DNA of 63,919 nt, the filler included, from Atractiella rhizophila (Eukaryota): the NCBI GenBank assembly GCA_021432655.1. It is 4 parts of 3 records of this genome, joined end to end, with 100 filler letters (N's around TTAATTAATTAA, not from the genome) between each part and the next. Parts side by side here need not be neighbours in the genome. Positions count along the whole stretch, not along the records: positions 1 to 31,593 come from MU271694.1; 3 more parts are not named here. One strand, written 5' to 3'. The notes under the pieces were generated by a model. It had not been told where the DNA came from and searched no databases. It was given only the letters and a program-made list of their open reading frames with translations. Each line of letters begins with the position of its first letter. The stretch's first letter is position 1. Below, piece by piece: positions 12,581 to 25,034 of this stretch. The translations under genes were made by a program, and so were the position numbers.

Positions 12581-13224
12581 TCAACTGGACCTGCAAGATG
12601 CCCGTAGCCAGAGAGCTCTCCCAACGCCGAAGTGCCAGAGTCCATTTGATAGGTCATGGATCCCCGCGTTTTCGCTATGGTTATTGTGTCTTTGCTGCCG
12701 ATAATGGTAAAACCAATCTTTCTGATCTCTTGGTACCAAGTGAGCACAGTGCAAAGAAGAAGCGATCCCTAGTCGCAATTAGCCATAGTTCACCAAGAGG
12801 AGAGCTTACACCATAAAGTAATGACACACTTCCCATCTGCCTTTGATATCTCTGACATTTCAGACGCTGGAACACCTGCGCGAGGGCGGGATCTCTGGTC
12901 AGGGGGAGGCCATAGCGCCTCCAAAGCCTGCGTCCAATGCTCTGGTGGGTTATCAGGCGGCTTCCATCCTCGAAAAGAAGCCACAACAGGATACTTGGAA
13001 CGCCCTTCTGAGTAGTAGAAGCATTCGGATTCCCCCAAGGTTACGACGGAGTCCTTGATCTTAACGTTAGCTCGGTTCTGAAAGTGTCCGCCAGAGTCGT
13101 TTGCCAGCACCCGACAGACATCGAGCGCGAATTTGTGATTGATACCAAAATTCGTACTACTTGACAACTGATCAAGCTTGGGCAGGATAATGAGGATTTC
13201 CCAAGGCTCAGGTCGATAGAACAT
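12581..13224 (-). pseudogene. Fungal HNH-endonuclease-like (HNH_2 type) gene fragment, apparently truncated
   Basis: Removing a GTAAGC..GCTAAT..TAG intron joins ADGKCVITLW to WIASSLHCAHLVPRDQKDWF...IHDLSNGL, matching the CVIT..AH(L/I)(V/I)P..WF..D..N pattern. The expected LR.D.H..FD half is missing and a stop follows. Confidence 0.55.
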
Positions 13225-14899
13225 GACGTGGTCGAAAGAGCCCGCGCTGCTTTCGACAGGGGGTTATGGTTGAGGTCTTACGGTAGGGGTCGCCATGTTT
13301 CTATGTAGTAAATAACAGTTCAGTGCTGTAACTGAGAGGCAAGATCATAAAGCAGGATTTCGCATCATGCGAGTGGCTGTGAGGTTGTAGGATGTGGGAC
13401 AAAAACACTACAAAAACCTTCAACTTTGGAGTCACGTACCAAATCAGAGCTTGCTCTCAAGTTCTCGTAGCCTCTCTTAACTCCTACGTTACAGTATCTC
13501 AAAGTGGCTTGGGGAACTGGATGTAACCAGGTGAGTAAGAAGATAACAGCTATTGCGATGGTTGGATATGCCTGAATATGCCAATCAGCCAACAAGACCT
13601 TATTGGTCTCAATCACTTGTCGAGTCATATGGCATTCATCATTTTCAAAGCATTGACCTCCGAGTCGATCGACCAAGCGTTTCGCTTCCTCATCCTTCAA
13701 TGATGATTTACCGAGAGGTGACTGCATCAGTAAACAACTATGGATCAGGGAGCCCATTGCACCCAGCACTACTCCCACCGTCTCCGCACCCAGTCCTCTC
13801 ACTGCCACACTGGTCGATAGTAGGATCCTTGTTGCCATGGAGCTTAGTGTCCCTGAGAAGTGGATATGACCTCCACATCTCCTCTTTTCCCTCCTCCCTT
13901 TTCCTTCCGCCCCTAAGTCAGTCCACCGAACGCGGTCCAAAACAAGTCCACGCAGCTGCGGAACTCGAGCACTTCGCACCTTCGTCTGCCTCGCCATCCT
14001 CCTCACGACCGCCATCAGCGCAACAAACCGAAGGTTGGGGGTTGTGACGACGAGCTTCTGGACCAGCTGGGCTGGAGGCTGGAGGCGTGGACGTCCCTCT
14101 TGCCTTCTACCCCCTTTTTCTCTTGTTTGAGATGATAGTTATAGGAGTTGTAGATCTTGAGCTCTGAAGCAACCATGGCTCCCTCAGCTCCTGCCCTCAA
14201 TCCCTCTTGATCGTAGCCGAACATAGCACCATCCTCCGCTCTCTCCTGTTGAAGCTCAACTAGCTCAACAACTTCGCGATCTCCCCCAGTCAAGGGATGA
14301 AACCCAAAACGCCCATTCGATCCCCTTCGTCAATGACAAGCCACGTCAGCACACCCAATTCATATCCCTCCCTCGCGCCTTTCTGCGCGACTCCGTACTC
14401 TTCAAGTGATCGAACCCTCCCGGTGTTACTACCATCTTAACCGTCACTGTCTCACCCCTCCACGCTCCATCCCTACCTCTCCGCCCTTCAGGCATGCTCA
14501 TCAAAGCCGGTATCGCCAAACACTGTATTGGGGTCGGGTGCGTTACTTCAGCATCTTTGTGAGGCTGTGGGGGATGAAGCGCGCGAATCCGAAGGATTGG
14601 GACGAGGAGGGGCAGGCGAGCGTTCAATGGCTCATGTCATGCCCCCGTGCTGTTCGAAGTGAAGGTGGTGCTGGACTTTGTGGCGGAAGTGGAGGGTGAG
14701 ATTGGCCAAGCTTTGGGATATGGTCGACTCGCCATCATTCTTAAAGATCTGCGAAAAGCAAATGCAGGAATCGTTCATATATTCTTGAAGAAACTTCATT
14801 ATGCGTAGAACCATGCTTTTATTGATATTCCCCAGAGATTGCAAAATGTTATAGTCGCTAGGACACGAAATGTGCGGGTAGATGAGTAGATATTGAATC

Positions 14900-17182
14900 C
14901 AAAATTTCTAAAGGATTCAGCGTTTCGCCCGCGTCTCTACAGATTACCTCGCCTCCTCGAACGCCTTCAGAGCGTCCTCCTTCCGTGCGTATCGAAAATC
15001 AATATCTCCGAGCTTGCGTAAGAGATCCTGACCTGTCGATCTCCGAGTTCCGTGTAGAGATACTTCGCCTGCTTGAACTTCGCCAGCGCACTCTCGTTCT
15101 CGCTATGGTCAAGAAAGCAGTGGCCAAGGATCATCGTGAACGAAACCTTCAGTTCTAACCAACTAGACTATGTGTGACCAGCAGACAGCGGCATTCCGAG
15201 GGTCGTATCACAACACGCATAACCTGTTGGAAGAGTGAAGTTAGGAGCCGATGTTTCAGGCCTAGGAACTCAGATATTTTCTCTGAGCGCTGAAGGATCG
15301 GTAAGGGTCTGTAGGTGCAGCCAAGCCTTCGAGGGTTTTTCAAGATTCGCATCTTGTCCACGGAAGGGAGGCAGTGCATGATGACCTGGCACTGTTCGAC
15401 GTTTTTCTCTGCCTTTACCATGAGGTGGTTCAGAAGCGGCTGGAGTGATAGAGAACTACTCATGGAAAACGGTTTGGAATTAGAGACAAGATAGTTGAGG
15501 AATCCATGAATGGGAGCGAGCATACGAAGAGCACCTTTGATGTCATTGAAGTCCAATCTTTGAAATAACAGCAATGACCTGGAAGATATCCTGAGATCCA
15601 TAGGAGCTGGAATGAGTGCTGAGAGATCGTTGAGTCTAACCCTCTGGCACAGGTGACATGACAGCAGTGCAAGCGCAAAGACAGTACTCGCACTGCTTTT
15701 GAGATCGAGCGGGAACGATATAGAGGTATTGAAGGTGATTGCCTCTTTGCTATTTCATCCCATAAAACAGCTACACATGTCTTTTTGTCCTTCCACTTGT
15801 TTGTCAGTTGCTCGAGTGTCATGGTTGAATCCTCGTTGAGTGAATACCTTAATGGATAGGGCGTGGAAGTCCAGCTGGCGAACTAGCCCCTGGAGGCGGC
15901 AACAGAAACCTTCGACGAACTGCAATCTGTTCGCTGTACACTGTCAGAACATCAACATAGTAACGAAACGGGAGGTGAGAGATCATACCTAGTATGAGAG
16001 GGTTGGCAGCATGACGCGCTTCATGACCCATCACGTCAATATACGCTTTCGTACGGCCGACCACGACCTGAGTTCGCTCCCACTCCTCCCACTTGATGCT
16101 TCCCACTGTATGGACGGAAAAGCGATGGTAGCGATAACCCAGACGTTGTTCTTGCGTCATCATTTTCACCTGATTCGCCACGCGGGAGCAATCCTCGACG
16201 ATCTCCTTCACAGCCCGCCGCTCAACCTGAGCCATCGTATGACAACGAGACAGCCTGAGCAAGCCCTGACCCAAAAGATACGAGACAGGCAACTTGGCTT
16301 CTTTCTCCACAAATCCTCTTTGACTCTGATGTTGCTGGATTGTTGTTTCCCATAGCGACATATTTCGTTTTGTCGATGACAACAGGAGAGAAGTCAGGAT
16401 CAGAAGAAGTTGCTCCAGCTGCCACACCGCACATTGAGCAGCAAAGCGAGCTGCAGGGCGGACGTCGTACGTGCACATTCCTGTCGAAACGAAGGCGTCT
16501 GATTTGTAGCTAGAGACAAAAAAACATTCTGCATCGATCTCCGATCTCGTCGTCCTTCACAGGAAGATGGGACGACGGCACAAATGATGTAGCGCGGCGA
16601 GCAATGACGCCGAGGAAGAGGGCCAGCAACCAACGAGTTGCTGAACTGGAGGATATTTGATCGACTCTAGAAGAGGTTGAAGAGGCGGAATGCGGGCGGG
16701 AATCCCTTTTGTGCAGCTTGTTGCCCCCTTAGACTATGCGCTTTCCATTCATTAGAGAACTCCACCAGTTCTTCAGGACAGCAGCCGAAGTTGCATCCAA
16801 CTTTAAGTTCCCATTCTTTTGCCGTATGTCCCATTTGTGATGGGACTACCTCACAACCTTGACGCCTTCTGCACTGCAAGATGCTTAATCGGGAACTGAA
16901 CAAGGATTGAAGTGAGGTACTCAACGGTGACACAAGGAAGGACCGCATTGGTAGCTCTCAGCATCTCGTTTCGCCTGAGGCGTAGATTGGTCTTGACGTC
17001 GTCTCGAATTGAGGAGGTGAACTTGGGCGGGTTGAGGAGGAGAGGAATTGGCGGAGCTGGAGGAGGCTGTCCTTAGAAGCTTGGTCCAATTGTTCGGTGG
17101 CAACGACATGTTTTTTTGCAGGAGATATATCAAGGCTACCGATGGGCTTCGCAAGAGCTTGAAGCTGCTTACGTTGGGTCAT
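14900..17182 (-). pseudogene. Decayed multi-fragment coding sequence with a TPR-like helix near the 3' end
   Basis: Chain of minus-strand ORF fragments with stops and frameshifts. LGHCFLDHSENESALAKFKQAKYLYTELGD (~15040-15130) resembles a TPR unit. Family not recognised. Confidence 0.25.
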
Positions 17183-19978
17183 GCTCGCTTCAAGAGATTT
17201 CTGTTAAGATGATCCTAGCCGAACAGGGTCCCTTTCGATATTCTTGTCCAATGCCGGTATAGTAATGCTTGTAGGCACTAGACGTTGATTGGAACGCGTG
17301 CCGCCGTGTTCAAACCGTGATCGTATGGCTGCACTGATGTGTCTTGGGCAGCATTGCTCAATCGTCGAACTTGGCACCACAACCGTCCCAAAAATTGACA
17401 AGACGATACTGAAATTGAGTGTTAACCGTTTGAAGAGAATGATCCGTCGAGGGATTGGACTACGAAGTTGGGCTACAGTGGGTAGGAAGAACCCTCTTTC
17501 GCGGCCCATGAAGTGGCGTGTTGTTGGTTTTAAGGGCTTACTGAGAGAATTCTAAAAGAGGCAGTAGAATGTCGACTGGGCGGACCGGATAAAGCCTCGA
17601 ATTGAGAACGGACGAAGTGAAAACGACATCCAGACCAGACTGGAAGGCAACGATTAGCGATGGTACATACCACCGAACAAGACCACTTACCCGTGTGGTC
17701 AGGTTTCGTTGTTTGACATCGTGCGTCCTTTCTTCTTGTGCCCGGGAGCCTAGAATGAGACTTCGTAGCAGGTGGAATTTGAGGTGCCGATGAAGAAACT
17801 TGAAACCAGAGGGGAGGGTGATCGGAAGGCGGTTGGAGGATTGCATCCTCCAAACACTGCCCGTGATCGTTTTGATAACTAGAGAACCAACGACATTGCA
17901 CCTATCGGAACACAATCGGTAGGATCGATCGGATGTGATGTCTCGCTGGAAAAGATGAAGGACGTTCCACCAAAGAGTAGGCTAAATGTCGCGTTGTTTA
18001 TGGACATCTTTTTCCCTAGCTTGGGAAATTGTTAGGATGGTGAGGGATACGGACTGGACGAACTTTTGTCACTATTGAACGTGCTCCAGCTTCAGTTCCG
18101 TCGCCTGCGTGATATAAGTTGGTGCCATAACCATCGTCGCTCTTGCCCATGGCAACAATTTGATCTCCATAGTTAGTAGAAATGAGGAGGCTTTTGCGTT
18201 AGGCTTGGACCTTGGCGTCCTAATCGACCGCGAACCCGCCGTCGGTGCGAGTACCTTGATTGGCAGGATCACATTCAAATTCTAGGATCAAGTTGGTCGC
18301 TTCTTCGAAAGCATCGGTGATAGGAAGCTGCTAAGATGAGAAGTAGCGATGCTTTCGTCTCCGACAGGGTTTCGAGCGATAGCGCGCAAGTGAACATGCA
18401 AAGAACTTTGAAGCTGATCTGAGGCGAGTTGGGGTCCCAAGATACGCTCTGTGGCGTCGCAAACGTCCTCGAGCAAGCGGGGTCGACGGCGGAGGTGATA
18501 GGGACGAAGTCTTATGCTCCGCTCTAAAGTTTTCGGGATGGTTACAGCTTTCCTAAGTCGAGTATCCCAAGGAAGGACAGTGCGATCGAGGAGGTCGGCT
18601 ATGGTGGACATGGCGACTCAAACAGATTGCTCCGCGTAGCGGCAGATACTGTGAGAAATCAGGGACCATAATCACCGTAGATCCTTAGCATCTCGTATTG
18701 GAACCGCGGTGAAGCGGTGAATGTGGCGGACTTTCTGCCCAACATCGAACAGATGATATGTCTGTAGTGTAATGTCCTAAATTTAACACAAGGAGCTTGG
18801 AGGAGAGAGATGCAGAGGGACAAGTAGAGGAGACTGTGCTCTCTCGCCTTCTACATTCACCTCCAAGTCCTCGTCTCTCCCCTCCCTCAAATTGTGAAAT
18901 GGGGAGGTGTTGAGAGTCAGCGCCGCATGGGAAAATCGGATAGGTGCAAATAGTGCTACTGGTAAACGCTAAGTCCTGAAGGAACTTTGCGCGCATTGTT
19001 AGCCCTAAGATACAAGGACAGTCAAGTGGAAGGGCAGGCAGCGGAATCCATGTTGCCGTGAATGCCAGTGCTGCCCAACTCACCAAATCCTTCCCACCAG
19101 CTGGTCCGAAGTGGTCATCACCACGTTTTTTACTCCTTGGCTTCGCATTTAAGTTATGTTTTCGCTCCAATCTTGCTGCATCGTGCTGAATTTCGTAGAG
19201 ACGGAGACCGTGTATGCAAGGGTCCGCAATCGTTGAGTTAAGAGCTTGCGACTGGCTGCTAGTGGACAATGACAGTTCGTCGCAGAGGATCGAGTTGATA
19301 GTAGCAAGACGTCCTGTCTCTTGTTCATGGTTTTTCCAGGGTTTTTTCTTCTTGGAACATTGTCAGAAATGGTTGACTTATAGTAGTCCAGCTCTGGAGG
19401 TTTGGAGGATGCGGTATGCTCGTGGGGAGAAGTAACGGTGCGATTTTGGGATATGTTCCTATCTTCTCGTGATGCTAGTATGGGGCGAGTCGATGTTGCT
19501 GATGGCGAATTTTCATGCTCCTACTACTAGGCTCTGTGGGAACTCTTTTCATGTGGGAGTCGACGTCTTCAACTCCAAGTGTTGACGCAATTTGTATATT
19601 CCATTGTTCTAACATCGATCCATGACAACAGAACTGGAGGAGGGTGGTAGCGAGATAACTTCTATACCTTCTGCTATCTCATGAGGCATTTGCAAGAGGC
19701 GCTCTGGCATCAGTCCGCACACTCCCTCGCCACAATTAGTGCCCTTGATCGAGTGAATGCTGTCGGGATATTCACAGCCCGCAGCTCCTGGAACGAAGTG
19801 GATGGACGAGGCTGACGAGGCTGACGAGCCTTATCAAGCTGGCTTCCTTTCCACCACCATCTCTCACTCATCTCTTTGAACCACGCTCGAGAGCAAGTTA
19901 AGTTTCTAGAGCCTCGTAGTCACCGATACCTAATCTTCAACTCATCCGAATTGCATCGTCACCAGATTAAAGGACAAG

Positions 19979-21144
19979 ATGGTAGATTTTGTCAAGCTCG
20001 CAGGCTTTCTGTTTGAAACCGGATTGAAAATCTGTGAACTTCGGGGACTGGTTCGTGCTTTCTTCCAAAAAGTGCGAGCTCCTGACCAACTGTGGCTTAG
20101 ATGAAAGACAACTCGGAAGAGTTCAAGTCTCTTCCTGGCCGGATCTTTACACTGTCTAGCTTGACCAGGATGGCTACTGAGAAAGGGGTCCCGCAAGAGA
20201 ATAACGCCATAGTCCACCGGTGAGTCAAGCCTATTGCAGTTTTGATTCCTTTGTTCTTTGAATAATGAAGGAAGGATAGTGTGATTGCGGACGCTAAAAC
20301 AGTGCACAAGCTAATCGCAAAGCAACTGGATGCCTTTTTAGGTGGCATGAGGTATGCCCACAGCATCAAGAAGGGATTGGAGGAGCTCTCTCGAGGCGTC
20401 GACAAGGCGATTGCATTATACAGCGTAGGCTCTTCCTCCATACTAGTAGTTAGCAAAACCTCATCAATTCTTGCAGGCCACAAACATTGTACACCTTTAC
20501 CAGATCGTCAACGCCATTAAACTGGAACTGGAGAAGGTTTCTAGCGGCACCGCAAACCTGGTACGCTGTACCCGTTAGTTAACTGGACTCAGTATTTCTT
20601 CACAGACTCTAAACATTACAGAAGTGTTGACGGTCGTCAACGCCATTGCGACCAATCAAGTCGTGCAAGGCAGTCTCATCCAGGAACCGGGTGCTCGCGC
20701 CGACTCGATTTCGCGCAAGCTTCAGAATGTTCCAGAGGCGAAGTTGAAGCGAGCTAGTATCTGTAGCATTGTGACCACTATCGAAGGCATGGAATTCAAA
20801 CGCAACAGTATGGTGCAAGACGCCACACCCATGGACTCTCAACGCAATATCGACTTTATGGCACAGTTCTATGGCGAATGCTTGGTTACAACGGAATCGT
20901 CTCGACCTACACAGAATCTTCAAGTCTTGCGGGAAGAGAATGAAGTTTGTGAAAAGGTTTGCTTCTGCCTACTTCCAATCAAAGGCTGACGTTGATACCG
21001 CAGGAAGAGACCTTAGCACCGTCCTCACATCCAAAGGACTCACCAGCTCTTTCCCAAAAGTCTGAGGAAGGAGGTGGACCTCCACCTTACTCGGAATCAC
21101 GTGATGATAGGGCTTTGGTATGTACATTCTTCGTTCAGAGATAA
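19979..21144 (+). CDS. Multi-exon protein with an N-terminal MLKL/RPW8/HeLo-like helical-bundle-type domain and a C-terminal PPPY motif
   Basis: Canonical introns join MVDFVKLAGFLFETGLKICELRGL|MKDNSEEFKSLPGRIFTLSSLTRM...VHR|VIADAKTVHKLIAKQLDAFLGGMRYAHSIKKGLEELSRGVDKAIALYS|...; the last exon read contains GGGPPPYSES. Domain call is by pattern only and the 3' end is uncertain. Confidence 0.5.
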
Positions 21145-21291
21145 GTGGCGAATAGATAATGTTTGTCCTTGCCACGTCGGAGTGATCTGGTGGATCAACC
21201 GGAATCATCGCTCATGAGAGCTTCTGGTATCTCTCATCTGCTCTCTATGGTTCACTTTCCTTTTTTTTCTCCGTATTGATAGGGTGGTTGA

Positions 21292-22042
21292 ATGTCTAGC
21301 TCATCATACCAGATCAATAAAGGACATTCAAAGCAAAACACATCTTCTTCGTTCTATCAACAAAACGCTACGTATCAGGGCACCTTCGTCTGCATGATCC
21401 AGCAATTTACTAACTTTGTCTCCGTCTTTTAGCCTTACGGTTGGGTTAAGCAATGGAATGAACAGTACAGCCGCTACTTTTACGTTGATGTCCGGGCGAA
21501 TCCTCCGCGCTCAGTTTGGGAGCATCCACTGAACACAGATGAATACAAGGTGTCCGCCCTTCCTCCCTCTCATGGCCCTGCAGTGGGTCCTCCTCCCGCC
21601 TGTCCACCTGGTGGTTCCTCAGGACGCAATCAGAGAAGTATGTTCCAATACCATCAGTCTGGTCGGACCCTGCCACCACATCAACAGGCCTACAATCCTT
21701 ATCCCCAACATGGTGGACACAGTGGACCTCCATCCGGTGCATTTGGAGGACCACCTCTGGGAGTGAGTTGTTTGGACTGTTTGAATTCTGTTACACCCAG
21801 TTGTTGACTTTTGCAAAGATGTACGGCGGGTATCCTGGTCAGTACGGCGGTCCTCCATATGTTGGATATCCGGGTTACCGTCCACCTCCGAGGGTGTGTG
21901 GTAGATGTTATTGATCCTATATTTTTTACTCATGTGGGAACAGGTGTACTACTATGGCCCCCCTCCCAGTGGATACTATCCTCAGCAAAACTTTGTTGGA
22001 CCACCTATTCTCTATACTTTCCCCCCTCTCGCTGGTCTCTAA
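21292..22042 (+). CDS. WW-domain protein with a Pro/Gly/Tyr-rich low-complexity tail (Wwm1-like)
   Basis: The exon from 21433 reads PYGWVKQWNEQYSRYFYVDVRANPPRSVWEHP (WW signature W..YFYVD..W.HP), followed by PGY-rich exons. First exon and start are uncertain. Confidence 0.75.
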
Positions 22043-22220
22043 TCCTCACTCTTGTTAACTATAACCAGGATGGATTACGCATCTGAATGGGGAACAAATG
22101 ACAATTTGGTATCAATTTGGTGTTTCGCTGTATGATATACCACAGAGTGGGTTGTAACAATGAATCATTTGCCATATTAGAACAATGTCCTTCTGTCTGC
22201 TTGCTGCCGTCTCCCACTAT

Positions 22221-22865
22221 TACTACTATTCCTTCACGATGGAACTGTTCCGTCAGCCTACTAACAGTACTTTAGGGTTCAACCCTGGCTCTTTCAGGAA
22301 TGAGATCCAGGCTGAATCCTTGCCTCCTGGGCACCTAGGGTACAACCCTGCCTCTGTCAGGAACAGGATCCTGGCTGAATCCTGGCCTCCTCGCGGCCCA
22401 GGGTACAACCCTGCCTGTGTCAGGACATGATCCTGCCTACATCCTTGCCTCCTCGCCGCCTAGGGTACAACCCTGCCTATGTCAGGAACAGGATCCTACT
22501 ACTATTCCTTCGCGACGGAACTGTTCCGTCAGTCAAATTTGGCTGGGGAACGGAGTTAGGGTCAGGGCCAGGATGAGTCCGTCAGCCCAGTTGCGAGGCT
22601 CTGACTGACGGAACTAACCTGACGGGACGGAACGCACCGTTGAGTCCCGTCAGCTCGGACGCGACGGCCAAATTGTCTCGCGAGGTTGGGATCAGCCCCG
22701 ATGCGAAGCTCAAACATGTGAGGTTCATCGCGTGGGCACGAAGATCGCTACCAGTCGCAAAGTGGGCACTTCGGGTCGCTGGCTGGCTGCAACGTGCGAA
22801 GTGCCTTCCAGTCGCGAAAGGTGAAGTTTAGTTCAGCGATGGGTTGCAACGTGCGAAATGCCCCC
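22221..22865 (+). mobile_element. Stacked truncated element ends: module X (22221-22256 and 22497-22865) alternating with the end of the 63-bp-repeat element (22259-22494)
   Basis: TACTACTATTCCTTC(A/G)CGA(T/C)GGAACTGTTCCGTCAG occurs at 22221 and 22497. X carries the palindrome GACGGAA-CTG-TTCCGTC and scattered GACGG/CCGTC and TGCAACGTGCGAA repeats. Confidence 0.5.
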
Positions 22866-22867
22866 TA

Positions 22868-23650
22868 CTAAGGGTACTTTAGGGTTCAACCCTGGCTCTT
22901 TCAGGAATGAGATCCAGGCTGAATCCTTGCCTCCTGGGCACATAGGGTACAACCCTGCCTATGTCAGGAACTGGATCCCGGCTGAATCCTTGCCTCCTCG
23001 TGGCCCAGCGTACAACCCTGCCTATGTCAGGACATGATCCTGCCTACATCCTTGCCTCCTCGCTGCCTAGGGTACAACCCTGCCTCTTTCAGGAATGAGA
23101 TCCAGGCTGAATCCTTGCCTCCTCGCGGCCCAGGGTACAACCCTGCCTATGTCAGGACGTGATCCTGCCTACATCCTTGCCTCTTAAGCAGCCAAGGTAT
23201 GAACCTGATGCTGTCAGGAACAGGATGCTGTGTACATCTTTGCCTCCTCGCCGCCTAGGGTACAACCCTGCCTATGTCAGGAACAGGATCCTGGCTGAAT
23301 CCTTGCCTCCTCGCGGCCCAGGGTACAACCCTGCCTGTATCAGGACATGATCCTGGCTAGATCCTTGCCTGTTAGGCACCCAGGGTACGACCCTGATGCT
23401 ATCAGGAACAGGATCCCACCTACATCCTTGCTTCCTCGCCGCCTAGGGTACAACCCTGTGTGTGTCACAAACAGGATCCTGGCTATATCCTTGCCCCTCC
23501 ATGCCGCTCAGGTTGCAACACTGCCTCTGCCAGGAACAGGATCCTGGCTATATCCTTGCCTCCTAGGCACCCAAGGTGCGACCCTGCCCCAATAAAAACA
23601 GCATCATTACAAAACTGTTGTCTCTTAGTCAACCAGGGTAGAACCCTGCC
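22868..23650 (+). repeat. Tandem array A, 62-64-bp period, ~13 units (4 more at 22261-22494; ~5 inverted units at ~29085-29363)
   Basis: Core (C/T)AGGGT-ACA-ACCCTG recurs at about 22882, 22945, 23008, 23070, 23133, 23195, 23258, 23321, 23383, 23446, 23510, 23573 and 23636. Confidence 0.9.
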
Positions 23651-23879
23651 ATAGATAGGAATAACAATCCAGTCAAATTGTCATGTACGTATAAACACTC
23701 GCAGGCACAGGCAATGTCCTCTCTAAGACATCTTAAAACACTTATATATTGAAATCCTTGCTTCATTGGAGAGCTTTGGTTCATATTTCGCATATATGTC
23801 CAATTGAACAAAGTACATTCAAAGTTGCAAAATTAATTTATAACATTTAGCAATGTGTTTGCTGTACGTTATTGTCGAT

Positions 23880-24315
23880 AAGTGCAATTTTGGCAAAACC
23901 GCGCCAGATTGATAGGTTATCGACATCAGGTAGAGAGGGGTCGTATGAGTACAATTTTGTTGAAAGTGGCCCATGTCGATAGGTTATCGACACCAGGTAT
24001 AGAGGGGTCTGAGGGGTGCAATTTTGTTGAAAGTGGCCCATGTCGATAGGTTATCGACACCTCGTGTAGAGGGGTCTGAGGGGAGCAATTTTGTTGAAAG
24101 TGGCCCATGTCGACAGGTTTTCGACACAGGAGCCGAGGGGCAATTTTGTTCAAAACGTTCCCAGTCGATAGGTTATCGACACTGGTGTAGAGGGGGTCTG
24201 AAAAGAGCAATTTCGCTCAAAACGTCACCAGTCGATAGGTTATCGACACAGGAGCCGAGGGGGTCACAGCAGGGCAATTTCATTCAAAACGTTCCCAGTC
24301 AATAGGTTAACACCA
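23880..24315 (+). repeat. Tandem array B, 67-bp period, 7 units (one shortened to 55 bp)
   Basis: Palindromic core GTCGATA-GGT-TATCGAC (some copies degenerate), with its GAT at 23911, 23978, 24045, 24112, 24167, 24234 and 24301. Confidence 0.9.
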
Positions 24316-25034
24316 AAGGTAGCCCAAGAGGATGTCGAAACCTATATATACATGCAATTTCCATATCCATGATATATCGGTGCCACACCGATGCTCTAGC
24401 TCCACATGCTTGACGTGATAAAACGTTCGTTCAGCCCAGGCTCACCATAGCATGTTTTACATTCTTGGTCTCACTCCTCTTACATTCAGTAGACATATAA
24501 ATGACAAACGGTTTAGAATCGCATAATATGCGCTTGTCTTCATGTAAAATCTTTCAGGAATGATCTTATTTATGGGAACTCAAATCATTCTATCATCTAT
24601 TTATCGTCATCTTCGATCATAATGATTCAAACCACACTCTTTAATAGGTCACATTTGTTAAATCATTCTTACACGTTGTTATTTTAATTATATTAATATT
24701 TTTAAGGCCTCCATCATCGTGATCATTGGTCATACACTCAAGTTTGTGGATATACCCGATTGCTTCTGCACAATTTGCCCCCTTGATTGCTCAAGGATAC
24801 ATCCATTGCATGTACTACTTTCAGCAGGATATCAATTTATCCATGCCCGTAATCAATCTTAAGTGGCTGCATGGCTCAGTTTCACAAAATTTTCGTGCTC
24901 AGACCCCCCTACATCAGGTGTCGATAACCTATCGACATGGGCCAGTTTTAACAAAATTGCACTCCTTGGACCCCTTTACACCTAGTGTCGATAACCTATG
25001 TACATGCCTNNNNNNNNNNNNNNNNNNNNNNNNN

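Noticed and set aside
17204..19620. Minus-strand ORF fragments as a possible nuclease/effector gene
   Set aside because: Multiple stops and no motif I can name with confidence; left unassigned within the accessory island.
22185..24305. Short ORFs with repeated GYNPA/RNRIL or VDNLST peptides
   Set aside because: By-products of the 63-bp and 67-bp arrays; frames break wherever unit length changes.
22868..24315. Regularly spaced palindromic repeats resembling a CRISPR array
   Set aside because: The sequence between palindromes is itself repeated rather than unique spacers, there are no cas genes, the host is a eukaryote, and the arrays recur as inverted arms of one element.
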